From Eledone cirrhosa (Eukaryota), in contig OZ024762.1 of NCBI GenBank assembly GCA_964016885.1, forward strand, positions 1,860,001-1,924,000: a stretch of DNA of 64,000 nucleotides, read 5' to 3'. How positions within the stretch are numbered: the stretch's first letter is position 1; each line of letters opens with the position of its first letter. Below, piece after piece: positions 25,116 through 63,684 of the stretch. Under the pieces are notes generated by a model. That model made no database searches. It was not told the origin of the DNA and saw only the letters and a program-made list of their open reading frames with translations. The position numbers and the translations under genes were made by a program.

Positions 25116-27990
25116 CCTAATATATACATACATATACATACATATATACATACATATATACATACATACATACATATACATATATATATACTTACATACA
25201 TATACATACATATATACATAGATACATATATAAATTTGTAAAATTATAAAACCAGAAGAATATACATACATATGCCTCAAGTGGGAAAACCCCCGTCCAA
25301 ACCCATGCAAGCGTGGAACACGGACGTTAAACGTTGATGATGATGATGATACATACATATATATACATACATACATATATATACATACATACATATACAT
25401 ACATATATATATACATACATACATATATACATTATCCGCGGAGCACAGCCTAAACACCGCCCTACCCTTAGGCCCAGAATCCATCGCCCTCTCCCCTACC
25501 CCTCCTGTCCTTCTGTGGATCTAGAGTCCTTGAGTTCTCCCTCCTTTTCCACTCATATATGACATTTATAGTCCTTTCCTCTACTTTCCCTTACAACCAG
25601 ACCTATTCTTCTTGACACCTTCTCCTCACCTTTTTTTTTTTTCATTATTTAATTGTGCTTTTATCTTCCTTTTACGCATTACTATGTACATAAAAATATT
25701 TAATGTTTAGAAAATATTTTCTACTGAATGACGACAGTTGACAAAACATTCTTTACAAATGAACAAGTCATATAAACGAGGTATTTCTATACATATTTAT
25801 GAAATTATTATCGACGGTTTTTAAGCGAATTATGTGAATAAAACACAGTATCGTCTGCTTACAATGGAATAGAACGCAGACATCGTAATTCCAGTAACAT
25901 GGTTGGTAGTCAAAGGGAGATAACTTCTCTCAGACTATACACTGTGTGTGTTTGTGGAATGGGCCTCTGTCGGCTTCGACGAGGAGTGTGCCAGTTATTC
26001 GAGCAACGGAATCGCCTTCTCATCAAATTAACGTGTGAGTGGCTGAGCATTCCACAGACACGTGTACCCTTAACGTAAATTCTCAGGGAGATTCAGCGTG
26101 ATACACCGTGACACGGCTGTCCGTTTGACTTACAAGTATAGTAAGTAGTCTATCTTGTATTATAGTTTAAGTGACTGAGCATTCTGCAAACACACGTACC
26201 TTTAGCGTAAGGTATAACTCATTTTTGCCAGCTGAGTGAACTGGAGCAACGTGAAATAAAGTGTCTTGCTCAAGGACACAACGCCCCGCTGGGAATTGAA
26301 CTCACAACCTTACGATTACTTTGCTCCAATAGGACATCGCCAAATATGCCATATAGTCTTCTAAAACAGTGGTCACCAACCGGTGGTCAGACAAAAGTTT
26401 GGCGGTCCGCAGAAACATTTGGATATTATTTGCAATTTTTTATGTTTTATTAATAATTTGATGAGTTGTAGTAGAGCTGAGCACTGTACACATTTCATTT
26501 ACTGGTAGGCATTAGAAGTAAATAATAATTGTTTCTACTTTTGGCACAAGATGGCAAGGGCCATTCTAAGTTCAAATTCCTCCGAGGTTAACTTTGCCTT
26601 TCATCCTTACGGGGTCGATAAAATAAAGTACCAGTAATGCACTGGGTTATTGCTGGCCTTGTGCCAAAAGTAGAAACAATTATTATTTACTTCTAATGCT
26701 TACCTTCAGGAACACTCGGGGATTTAGCTGCTATTTCTAGAACTTCTAATTCTTACCTTCAGGCTCACTCGGTGATTTGGCTACTGTTTCTAACACTTCG
26801 TGTGGTCATGTCTCGGCTCTCTCGTTCCTGTGTGGAACTCTCTTTTGCCGCTCAATCTCCTCAAACATCAAGGGAGACAATCTAGAATAGTCTCCCTTAC
26901 TTATTATTGTTATTATTATTGAATCCCGCCGAGGTTATCTCTGCCTTTCATCCTTACGAGGTCGATAAAATAAAGTACCAGTTACACACTGGTGTCGATT
27001 TAATCGATTTTCCATTTCCCAAAAATTGTTGGCCCTGTGCCTAAATCAGAAGCTATTATTGTTATTATTTACAGTAAGTTGATCGGATAAAAGTCTTTAT
27101 TATAACATCAACGAAGAGAAAGATTGACCACCAGTGGACGTTTATCTATTATAAAGAGCAGAGATAGACGGCTGGTAACTGTATTAGTCCTACAAGAGAA
27201 GACTTGAGATCGGCCGAAGTGAAAGCTTAAAAGACGGGGGAAAAATCATCTACAAAAGTGATCGAAAATCTGAGAAAGTGAAAACTATTTTCCCGTAAGT
27301 GAAAAGGTCTATTATGCTCTGAGATTAATCTAACCTTGTTAAATACTATTTAATTTAATCGTAAATAATTCAAAACATATAAACAGTGTTTGCAAATGTC
27401 GAACATTTGTCCCCCAAACCCGAAAAACTGACGCTCGCAAATCTTAAGTATGGAAGCATACTTGAGACATAATTCAGGTAGTAAATAATATATATAGTGT
27501 ATCTTAATTTTGTAATAGATAAACAAAGATGGAATAGCATTCAATCCTAGGTACGATTTGTGGTATTTAGTTATTTATTACACTAACAGATACGGCTTAT
27601 CGGAGACACGTGTTTCGTTGTCTCGGGTAAGCCGGATCTGTTAAAACTGGCCGCTCATACCCACTCTAAGGTATTGTTCTCAAAATATCGTAGATTCCAT
27701 ATTATGTGAAAATACAATAGTATATATAGGGTAATGTAAATGTTATGTGAGATATTATATATATATAAAACCTGTAGAGCAACTATTTATTATGAGTGTA
27801 GATTAACTTTTAAGCAAAAAATCGCCGCTTTCACCCTTAACAGGATCTTCTGAAACTCATATATATCTACTCATAGACAGAGAGAGTGTAAAGTATATAT
27901 GTCCGATCAGTTTTTCACTATTGATATTTGAATGAACATCGATACAATAAAAACCAATAATGAATATTTATTTTTTCGTTTTAGGTTGCC

Positions 27991-28263
27991 ATGTTGGAAC
28001 TAAGTGAGAAAGAAGAACAACAACAGGATGACAGAGCGTTCCTTCGAGAAAGATTCCTCCGTTTTTTACTGGCATTAGATGGAAATCATGCTGATTTAAG
28101 GATGCAGGAGAACAACCGGGTTTCTGGTCAGCTATTGTTAGCTGACCTTAACTTTCAGAACATTATGGTGAAGGATTTAAAAACACCGATTGGGACACTG
28201 CCTCATGCATTGCTACGGACACAGGACATTCTTTCGTTTAAACTGAATATGAAAGAGACTTAA
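27991..28263 (+). CDS. GEMIN7: Gem-associated protein 7 (Gemin7, Sm-like SMN complex subunit), single coding exon
   Basis: 90-aa ORF with RAFLRERFLRFLLAL...ADLNFQNIMVKDLKTPIGTLPHALLRTQDILSF, matching the Gemin7 pattern (RAALRERYLRSLLAM...LQTPIGV..EALLRCSDIISY). Polypyrimidine tract plus AG acceptor at 27983-27984, GCC-ATG context, candidate 5'UTR donor GTAAGT at 27295. Confidence 0.9.
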   Translation: MLELSEKEEQQQDDRAFLRERFLRFLLALDGNHADLRMQENNRVSGQLLLADLNFQNIMVKDLKTPIGTLPHALLRTQDILSFKLNMKET

Positions 28264-28344
28264 ATAATTTTAACAAACAATTCTTCATCGTAATCATCAT
28301 CAATCTTATCACTATCATCATCATCACCTTTATCAACACTAATA

Positions 28345-28600
28345 CCAACCACTTTACAGTGTGCACTGGAAGCTTGGTTTCTACAGTTGGATGCCCTTCC
28401 TAGTAGACCACTTTGCAGTGTGTACAGGGTTCAAGGTTTCTACAGCTGGATGCCCTTCCTAGCACCAACCACTTTACCAGTGTACTGGGAGCATGGTTTC
28501 TAAAGCTGGATGCCCTTCCTAGTACCGACCACTTTACTGTGTGTACTGGGTGCATGGTTTCTACAGCTGGATGCCCTTCCTAACACCGACCACTTTACAG
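28345..28600. repeat. ~62-bp tandem repeat derived from the RTE 3'UTR, just downstream of GEMIN7
   Basis: 4 x GGTTTCTACAGCTGGATGCCCTTCCTA..ACC.ACCACTTTACAG; reverse complement of 23965-24017. Confidence 0.85.
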
Positions 28601-29785
28601 CATTACCACCGTACAAGGTGACTAGTGTTTTTGTCTTGGCACCAACACTACCACCATATAGTGCAGGTGGGTACTTTTCAAGGTGATACCAGCATTATCA
28701 CTGTACAGAGTGGACTATGGGCATGGCCTCATCACTGGGGAGATATTCAGTTGACTTTTATTTCATTAAACTTTTTTTAACAAGCTTTTACATAATTGTT
28801 GACAATTATTTCATACAACATTTAAAAAAATTTTGAAATTTGAAATTGTGTGTGAGTGTACCAAAATGCAGGAAATATCTATAACTACAGTCAGTCACTA
28901 TAAGTAATAGCTGAGATGAATTGGGTAAACTACCTTTGGTATGGTATGGTATGGTCACGTAACTCCTGATTGAATCAAAGGGGCGCCGTATTGACATAAG
29001 GCGTTTCTTGGGCATTTTAAGCTTGGCCGAGCCCATCCCACTCCCCCCCCCCCCCCCCCCCCCAAAAGACAATTTTCTATTAGTTGACCTATACTAAAGG
29101 GCTTCACTGATAGGGTTATCTGTGTTATAATTTCCCTAGTCCCATGTTATGGAAAGAAGTTGTGGTTTTCATTAGATTACATATTTTTGGCTGTTCCGAT
29201 GTTCAACAGTGGCCTGCCAATGGAATATCTTGCTCACTCCTGCTGTAATATATATATGTAATTTGGGTGTATATAACTTATTGCTAACCCTGTTTAATTA
29301 GAAAGTGAACAACACAAAATATAACTACTTCATTACCAAATGTTTCTGGATCCCAGACGATATTAATATATGTCTGGATCAGTCATCAGAGATGTTATGG
29401 ATAAAAAATATGAGACTTAAAATCTGTTAAAAATTGGAAGTGAGACTGGAAAAATAACAGGAAATATACATGAGAAAAGAAGAGTAAGAAAAATAATATA
29501 TAAAAGTATATAGCAATATAGAAAGACGTGTACACACATTCAGATAAAAGTAAAATATATATATATGTATATATACATACATGTATATATAGAGATATAT
29601 ACACAAACATACATGTACACGGACATACACATATACACACATATATATATAGCAATGAGTTATTTAATTTGTTGATTATTCAACAAATTTAATTTATAAC
29701 AGATTAGAAGCACTCAACAAGAATTTTTCTGGAGTATAATATCAGTAATATTAATAAATGGAAGCTATCTTTATAAAACCATATT

Positions 29786-29846
29786 TATTTTATTATATAT
29801 ATTTCAAGGTTACCAAAATTTTGGTACGCCCTCATCAGATAAAATA
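29786..29846 (-). ncRNA. Type I minimal hammerhead motif, left arm of palindrome
   Basis: Reverse-complement copy of 29968-30028. Confidence 0.72.
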
Positions 29847-29967
29847 CAAAAATTGCTTTACAGATAGTGACATATTCAGATAAGAACTTAATGTTTTGAG
29901 TTCTATTTGAATAGTTACAACATTAAGTTCTTATCTGAATATGTCACTATCTATAAAGCATTTTTTG

Positions 29968-30028
29968 TATTTTATCTGATGAGGGCGTACCAAAATGTTG
30001 GTAACCTTGAAATATATATAATAAAATA
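29968..30028 (+). ncRNA. Type I minimal hammerhead motif, right arm of palindrome
   Basis: UAUUUUAU-CUGAUGA-GGGCGUACCAA.AAUG.UUGGUAACCUU-GAAA-UAUAUA-UA-AUAAAAUA; 8-bp stem I. Confidence 0.72.
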
Positions 30029-30639
30029 AATGTAGTTTTATAAAGATAGCTTCCATTCATTAAATCCCGTCGAGGTTAACTTTGCCTTTCATCCTTACGG
30101 GGGTCGATAAAATAAAGTACCAGTAATTCACTGGAGTAATTGCTGGTCTTGTGCCAAAAGTAGAAACAACTAATATTACTCACACACATATATATATATA
30201 TAGATTTCTTTATTTAGATAGATAGATTTTACATATAACGTATACAAGACGCGGTTTCAGAAGAAGAATTAAAGAGAGGGAGGGTGGAAGAAATTTCTCG
30301 TTTCTAATAATTGTCGAAGTCTAATGGAGCCTGACATTGCAGGGGAGGTAACTCTCCCGTTGGCGTGTCAACAAGAACATGTTATCTTTTCTACGTAATA
30401 TTACGTCAACTGATTTATTAGGAATTTGTTCTTCTTCAAAGCCATCTTTATAGTCTGTTGCATATAAACCGATTAATTGTCATTTGGAGCGAACGTAGAA
30501 ACAATAGTTGTTATTATTTTTGATATCTCAGTCTTTGTTGTTATTTAAGCGGAAAACTTACCACATTGTTATTTGATATTGTAAGTAGAAACAATTATTA
30601 TTTGTTATTATTCGTAAAGCCCTTCTTCTGGCTGATGTT

Positions 30640-30940
30640 ATACAGACACTATATCAAAAGTGCGAGCCATAACCAATGACCAAAAGTCCTTTGCGTCATT
30701 GCTTCTCCTTCAATTTTCCAACACCCTTCGAATCATTGCTGTTTCCTAGCAAGGTCGTTTTCAACAACAATCCCGGTCCTAGTGGTAATTCCTAGCTTCT
30801 CAATCCATGCATCTAACCTTCTACTAACATCTCCCAGTACACCAACCACAATCGCTACCACGTCTAGTGTCTGATTCTCCACAGTTTCCTGATTTTTCTC
30901 TTCATCAGCTCCCGGTATTTCTCAACTTTCTCATTCTCCC
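30640..30940 (-). mobile_element. Degenerate 3' fragment of an R4/Dong-like restriction-endonuclease-type LINE
   Basis: Frameshifted EKVEKYREL..IRKLW..VVAIVVGVLG..DAWIEKLGI..LLKTTLLG..IRRVLE. Confidence 0.65.
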
Positions 30941-31200
30941 TATAATAATTGTTTCTACTTTAGGCACGAGGCCAACAATTTTTGGTGGTGAGGAGAAAGT
31001 CGATTAAATCGACCTCAATAATCGCTGCTTTATTTTATCGATCCCTCCCGTAAGGATGAAAGGAAAAAATAACCTCGGCGGGATTTGAACTCAGAACGTA
31101 AAGGACCTATAATAGTAATTATTATTGTGTGTGTTGTGACGAAGCCAACTTTAAGAAGATTGATCATTTTTTTTTTGTTTAAAGCTACACAGTCTGAGAT

Positions 31201-39396
<8,196 letters not shown>

Positions 39397-39696
39397 ATAT
39401 CTGAGTATCACTCATTATCTTCCTTATCATCACCATCATCAAAATCATTGTCTTCATTGTCGCTGTCGTCATCACCTTTATTATCATCTTCGTCCTTTTT
39501 TTACATCCATTTTCTAAGAAATGAGCAAAAATCCAAACCCTTGTGTATAAGCTGTGATTATTAATATCCAAACCCTTGAGTATAAGCTGAGATTGTTAAT
39601 AAACCGATTATGTTGAGCTGGGACGCTTTTGTAAATTCCCACAAGTGGAGAATATTTTTATGAAGTTTTAATATTTTAATATTTAAAATGCTTTAA

Positions 39697-39985
39697 CCCT
39701 TTAGCATTTACATTACTCTATATATAATATTGTATTTTCACAGTAAAGGCTTTACCTCACATAATATCTCACATAACATTTACATTACTCTATATATAGT
39801 ATTGTATTTTCATGGTAAAGGCTTTTTCTCATATAATTATCTCACATAATATTGAATCAATGAGATTTTGATATTATTTTCAGTATGATACCTTAACATC
39901 AGTATGAGTAGCCAGTTACAGTCAGTTTGAACAGAAAGGGGTGAGAGGATTCTGGCTGGATATAGCTAGTTTAAATACTGAAGGG
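39697..39985 (+). mobile_element. piggyBac-type MITE with two internal units
   Basis: TTAA|CCCTTTAGCATTTA ... TAAATACTGAAGGG|TTAA. Confidence 0.85.
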
Positions 39986-41904
39986 TTAAGTATCGTTAAG
40001 AGTATAGACTTTTTTTCACAACTCCATTCAATTATGGGTTTTTTTTAACCGTTTCATCCATTTTATGAAGTTTCAACAAGTTTCTCAAATTTTTTTAATT
40101 TTCTTTTAGCTGACAACATTAGCGCCATCTTCTCTCTTTTCCTCTCTCTTCACTAACTTGAGTGTGTGTGTGTCTGTGTGTATGGTGAGTGTGTGTGTAT
40201 GTGAGAGTGTGTGTGTGTGTGTGTGTCTGTATGTGAGTGTGTGTGTGTGTGCGTGCCTGTGTGTGTGTGTGTATGTGAGAGAGTGTGTGTGTGTGTATGT
40301 GTATATGTAAGGGTGTGTATGTCTGTATGTGAGTGTGTGTGTGTGTGTGTGAGAGAGTGTGTGTGTGTATATGTAAGGGTGTGTATGTGTGTATGTGAGA
40401 GTGTGTGTGTGTGTGTGTCTGTATGTGAGTGTGTGTGTGTGTGTGTGTGTGCCTATGTGTGTGTATGTGTGTGTGTGTAAGGGTGTGTATGTGTGTATGT
40501 GAAGGTGTGTGTTGGTGTAATAGTCAATGTTGACCATGGCAAGATTTGAACTCAGAACGTAATTAGCCGGAACAAATACAAGAAACCACTGGACCTGGCG
40601 CTCTACCAATCCTGCCAATCTTTAAAACCTAGCTAATAATAATTGTTTCTACTTTTGGCACAAGGCCAACAATTTGGGGGGAGGGAAAAGTCGATTAAAT
40701 CAGCCCCAGTACATTACTGATACTTTATTTTATCGATGAAACACAAAGCTACCCTTGGTGGGATTTGAAATCAAAACATAAAGGGCCATAACTCTATGCC
40801 ACGAAACATGGTGTCCAATGCTTTACCGATTCTACCAATGCACCACCTTTATAATAAAAATAAATTTGAATAAAAATTGCTGGCTGTCTTCATTTCTTCT
40901 TTCTTACTGTCTTTTATTACTCTCTATTTACGAGTTAACGAAACACTGTAAAGTGGTTGTGATGGTGACACGGTAAAAAGTACCCAGTCCACTGTAAAGT
41001 GGTCGTGTAGGTGTCACGATAAAAAAGCACCCAGCCCACACTGTAAATGTGGTTGGTGTTAGGAAGGGCATCCAGCTCTAGAAACCAAGCCAAAATCAGT
41101 TCTGTATGTACAAGACATGGCCACCTAACTTGGCATTGCTCACAACAGGGCAACTCGTCTAACCCATGCCAGCGTGGAAAAATGGACGTAAGACAATGAT
41201 GATGTCCTCAGCTTCGACTGGGTAAACAGATGATAAGAGAAGACAGGTAGAAAAGAAAATGACTGTATTGGATGTGTTGTCTGGTTTACAGTATGAGGCA
41301 AGACAGCGGTGTGTGTGTACATATGCATATATTTATATGTATAAGTTTATAAATATAAACCTGTAAACACAGACACACTTACCAAAATACACACTCACAG
41401 ACATACATTACACATACACTCACACATACATTCACACGAACACACCTATACATTTAAACAAACACTCATACAGTTACATAAACATACACTCACACCCAGC
41501 GTAGCAAATGGAACACCACCTGCTGTTTTGCTTCAGTTTTTTCACCATCCCCTTCCTTTTACATGCACATACATTCACACACATTGTGTGATGGACCGAC
41601 AGATGGAATCACTCAAATTTATATATATATTCACAGTTTATCAATTCGGAGAAGACATTACAGATCAGCAAAGAATGCACAAAGAGAAAGTATTAATTAA
41701 TAAATATAAACCACATTTAAATATGATAAATACTTTATATATTTCATAATATTCAATATTAAATATTTTTTTTTATCAATCAATATCTGACATCATGTAG
41801 CAAAATTAAGTTTTTAGAATGAATGTCATGATTGTCTTGAAAGAGTTGAAACTGGTTGGGAAAGACAGCAAACAATAGATTAGCTGTATGTGATATTAAC
41901 TTTT

Positions 41905-41944
<40 letters not shown>

Positions 41945-42178
41945 AAATAACATGGGGAGAAAATAATAGCAAAGCACAATATGTTACAATTATGGTATTT
42001 TAATATAATGTTTTTGAGAAATAAGAACAGTCTTGATGTCTCAGAGGTAAGTCTTTCATCAGAAAGTAGATACAGAGAGATGAGAGGATATTTTAGAGAA
42101 AGATGAAAAAGGAAAACAAATGAGAAAAGAGCACACATATAGTTACTTGTCAGCACTCTTAGAAAAAGAAAACATTTT

Positions 42179-42217
<39 letters not shown>

Positions 42218-42306
42218 ATGTAAAAGGTAAACAGAAATAACAACACAATCGGTACAGTATATGGAAAGAATATATTTGGTTAACGCTTGAAATAGAAGGA
42301 AGAGGG

Positions 42307-42342
42307 TCTTAACGTTTCGGACGCTAGTCCTTCATCAGAAGA
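42307..42342 (-). ncRNA. Minimal hammerhead motif within a ~220-bp dispersed repeat (42217-42440)
   Basis: UCUU-CUGAUGA-A-GGAC.UAGC.GUCC-GAAAC-GUU-AAGA; stem III could form only as a dimer (AACGUU). Confidence 0.6.
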
Positions 42343-43005
42343 AAGAATGAGAAATAAGATAGATTTAAGGGACGGGTGGGGTGGAATTGGAAAAAATGTC
42401 TTTAGATAAAAATAATAGGTCCATTCATGTTGACATCTCTTGTATGTATTTGCATTTATAGTTCAAAATTAAAAAGGGCAAACACAGTCACTCAAAGTCA
42501 TATTAGTTTCATGCTTGTTGGAAAAGGAGAAAGAATGTTTCAATATATCGAATGTTAGTCCTTCAGGAAAGATTAAAGAAAGACGTATTAAGTTCATTTT
42601 ATTATCAAAAACAAGTATGAAGCGTACTAAAATAAGTTTGACAAGGTTACAAAACTGTTAAATATATAATTTGTAGAATTGTCTGGAAGATTTTCAGCAA
42701 TGTCTGTTTACTTGTGACACGAGTCTAAACACTGACAACCATTGATAAATCCCAGAAGCCACTGTATTCTTTGCTTTAGTTTCTTTTCTTATTTCACACC
42801 ATAAAAAACCCTGTTTTTTGTTTTTGCATTTTTTAAAAAAATATGTACATAAATTCTTTAGAAACCAGACACTAATATTTATAAATAGTTTTGTTTCTTT
42901 TTAAAAAAAAAAACGATTTATAAATAATCTTTTCATGTTACTTCAAATAAAGATGTTTAGTAAGGATGCTGAACAACGAATTTGTTATATGCAATAAAAT
43001 ATCAA

Positions 43006-43036
<31 letters not shown>

Positions 43037-43046
43037 TTCAATTTAA

Positions 43047-44863
43047 CCCTTTAGCATTTACATAACTCTATATATACTATTGTATTTTCACAGTAAAGGC
43101 TTTACCTCACATAATATCTCACATAACATTTACATAACTCTATATATACTATTGTATTTTCACAGTAAAGGCTTTACCTCACATAATATCTCACATAACA
43201 TTTACATTACTCTATATATACTATTGTATTGTCACAGTAAAGGCTTTACCTCACATAATATCTCACATAACATTTACATTACTCTATATATACTATTGTA
43301 TTGTCACAGTAAAGGCTTTACCTCACATAATATCTCACATAACATTTACATTACTCTATATATACTATTGTATTTTCACAGTAAAGGCTTTACCTCACCT
43401 AATATCTCACATAACATTTACATTACTCTATATATACTATTGTATTTTCACAGTAAAGGCTTTACCTCACATAATATCTCACATAACATTTACATTACTC
43501 TATATATACTATTGTATTTTCACAGTAAAGGCTTGACCTCACATAATATCTCACATAACATTTACATTACTCTATATATACTATTGTATTGTCACAGTAA
43601 AGGCTTTACCTCACATAATATCTCACATAACATTTACATTACTCTATATATACTATTGTATTGTCACAGTAAAGGCTTTACCTCACATAATATCTCACAT
43701 AACATTTACATTACTCTCTATATACTATTGTATTGTCACAGTAAAGGCTTTACCTCACATAATATCTCACATAACATTTACATTACTCTATATATACTAT
43801 TGTATTTTCACAGTAAAGGCTTTACCTCACCTAATATCTCACATAACATTTACATTACTCTATATATACTATTGTATTTTCACAGTAAAGGCTTTACCTC
43901 ACATAATATCTCACATAACATTTACATTACTCTATATATACTATTGTATTTTCACAGTAAAGGCTTTACCTCACATAATATCTCACATAACATTTACATT
44001 ACTCTATACCAAAGGTTCTCAATGGGGGGCATATGCACCCTCGGGGGGCGTTTCGGAACTCCAGGGGGGCGTTTGGGAGCAAGGTCGCGTTTGGAGCTGG
44101 GGGAGGGAGGTTAGGGGGCGCTGGAAGGCTCTTTATTTTGGTAAGTTTTATAAGCCATATTTGTATGTCTTTGAGACAGCCAGTGTGAATGCATTTGAAT
44201 GAGCTTGCAGACAGCATAGCTATAGTCTGACTGCAGCTGTGCAGGCATGTCCGGTAATTGAGATCCTAAAAATGGAAAAACCCACAGTCAACTAGGTCAA
44301 AGATACTTTGAGCGTAGCCAGTTAGAATCTTATCTTTGCTTCACCGATAACAATGTATTTCATGTCTGAAATTATTGACTCAACCGTAACGAGTTAACAC
44401 TATGTAGATCTATTTTATTCCCTATTGTATAAATAATATTACAAATAAAAAAAAAAGAAAAGAAAAAACAGAAGCGAGTAGAACACACATCTAGGACCAC
44501 ATAATCAGATAATACACACATCTAGGACCACATACAACACATAATCAGATAATACACACATCTTTGGAATATTGTTAATCAATTTTTTAGTAATCTACTG
44601 ATATAAAAATCAGTAGTATATTGAAAAATGGAAAAATAGGGGGGGGGGGGCGTTTCGTGATTTCGAGGGACAAAAGGGGGCGTTTGGCCTAAATGGGTTG
44701 AGAACCTGTGCTCTATACTATTGTATTTTCACAGTAAAGGCTTTACCTCACATAATATCAAATCTACAAGATGATGTTATTTATTTTGAGAACAATACCT
44801 TAACATAAGTATGAGAAAGAGGGAGAATCTTGGCCAGATACAGCCTGTTTAAATGCTAAAGGG
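43047..44863 (+). mobile_element. piggyBac-type MITE with ~13 internal 72-bp tandem units, interrupted by a hAT MITE
   Basis: TTAA|CCCTTTAGCATTTA ... TAAATGCTAAAGGG|TTAA: TIRs with TTAA target duplication. Confidence 0.88.
44010..44710. mobile_element. Non-autonomous hAT (Charlie-like) element
   Basis: TIRs CAAAGGTTCTCAA / TTGAGAACCTGTG; exact 8-bp TSD CTCTATAC at 44002-44009 and 44711-44718. Confidence 0.9.
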
Positions 44864-45122
44864 TTAAAATCCAACTGTAGCTAATTTGATATTCTCCACC
44901 ATTTTGAATGGGTGTAAAGCATTTGAAGAAAGTTTATTATAATAATATCATTTGTTTTTTTCTGTTTAATTTTTTGTTGCTTTTTTTCTCCCTTTCTATT
45001 TAGAGAACAATTCAATAGCAATACAAAGGGTTTTTGTTGAATTGTTGAAGTGTTTTCGTTGTTGTTTTATATTATTTTAAAAAAAAATGTTCTGTACATA
45101 TATATTTAATGTGTACAATTAA

Positions 45123-45184
<62 letters not shown>

Positions 45185-45221
45185 AAATATATATATATAT
45201 ACATATACATATATATATATA

Positions 45222-45252
<31 letters not shown>

Positions 45253-45412
45253 ACACATATATATATATATATCTATATATATATACATAATACATATGTA
45301 TATGTATTATATATGTGTATAATATATATATATTATATACATATTATAAATATGTATATATATATATATATAGATACCTATATATAACAAACTACAACAA
45401 CCTTATATATAC

Positions 45413-45447
<35 letters not shown>

Positions 45448-45585
45448 TGTTAATATGTTAGGTATTTCCGAAGAAAAAGCAAAGGAAAAAGAGTGCTCTA
45501 TATCTAAAACAGAGCTATTTAATTAGAAAGTGAACAACACAATATAACTACTCCCTTACTCACTTTCTAATTAAAAATATATGTA

Positions 45586-45701
<116 letters not shown>

Positions 45702-45728
45702 TACACACATGAATGAAACTGAGGTGTT

Positions 45729-62303
<16,575 letters not shown>

Positions 62304-63216
62304 GGCTACCAATATCCAGGTATTGGTAAGGCCACATATGATTGATTATTGAATATTGGTAATTGGTTATTGATTATCAGCAAATTAACGTAGCAAATCA
62401 ATACAGCTTCTGTGACTCTAATCGAAACAATAAAAAGAAAATGGTGTAGCTGAGCTTCTTGTTTAATTGGTCATACAATAATATCCCAGCATTCAGCTAT
62501 GTATGTGTGTGTGTGTGAACTGACCAGACTTCTGAGAAGGGAGATGACAACAGCGCTTTACTTCACAATTCGGTCAATACCTTATCTTCTTCTTCTGTAT
62601 TCTTCTTCTTCTTCTTCTTCTTCTTCTTCTTCTTCTCCTTCTTCCTTCCCATCCTTCTTCTTCTCCCAATTTCCCCTTCCTCCACCTCTTTCTTCTTTTC
62701 CTTCTACTTCTTTTTCTTCTTCTTCTTCTGCTTCTCCTCCTTCTCCTCCTCCTCTCACTCTCTCTCTTTTTCTTCCAATAAACTTTTTTTCGTACAACAA
62801 CAGCAACAACACAACTCTAATGTCACGTTCCTCTCCTCACATTAAAACAAAACAAAATAAAACAAAACCACAAATTAAAAAAAAAAAAAAAAAAAATTAC
62901 AACAAACAATGACAAAAAAACAACAACAAAAAAAAACCTGTCCTTCCGATTGGCTTTGGAGTAGAAAAAAAAAGCTGTCTTTTAAAATAAAAAGACTAAA
63001 TGGTAAATATAATAAATATTAGCCACTCCTGAAGTAGGTAAAACTGTTTGAATCAGTAGGTGGTGGTGAATGTATCGCAAAGTTTCCTTCTGGTCAAACT
63101 GGTTTTCTGGAGGAAAAAATAAAAAAATACAAACAGTCCTGTGTATATTCATTGGTTTTAAGTTATTGTAAGTATAATGGCTTGAAACTTAATGGGCCTG
63201 TTTGGAATTTATTTAT

Positions 63217-63282
<66 letters not shown>

Positions 63283-63632
63283 TAGATAGATTTCTTTATT
63301 AGCCACAAGAGCACACAAGAAAAGGGGACAAAACAAAGACATGCCGGGGATCTTACATACAATCATGTAAAAAAATATAAAACAAACAATTATAACAATC
63401 GAAATCCCCAATAGGGGGGAGGCGCCACAAATGGGTTGTTTCATACCCCGTTGATAGAACAACCCTCAACTTCAGGAGCGTGTTGTGCAAGTGCTCCACG
63501 AGAATAGATAGATAGTTAGATATAAATTAATATGAAAGTTCTAATACTTATTCTTCAAGTTGTCTTTTTATTTGTTATTATTATTATTATTATTTTTATT
63601 TTTTTATTTTTTATTAAAGATCAAATTAATTT

Positions 63633-63684
<52 letters not shown>

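Larger units (their letters stand above)
29744..30180. repeat. Long inverted repeat (~150-bp arms, ~23-bp spacer) with a SINE inserted in the right arm
   Basis: 29751-29895 is the reverse complement of 29919-30063; the arm resumes as TAATATTACT after the SINE. Confidence 0.92.

Noticed and set aside
29331-29395. Additional hammerhead (minus strand); also 42030-42068 and ~54400-54440
   Set aside because: Core partly present but stem I or the GAAA/UH elements are broken, so counted only as degenerate relics.
43080-44114. 344-aa repetitive ORF (also 56205-57032 and 10381-10818)
   Set aside because: Stop-free frame of the 72-bp unit inside a TIR-bounded MITE.
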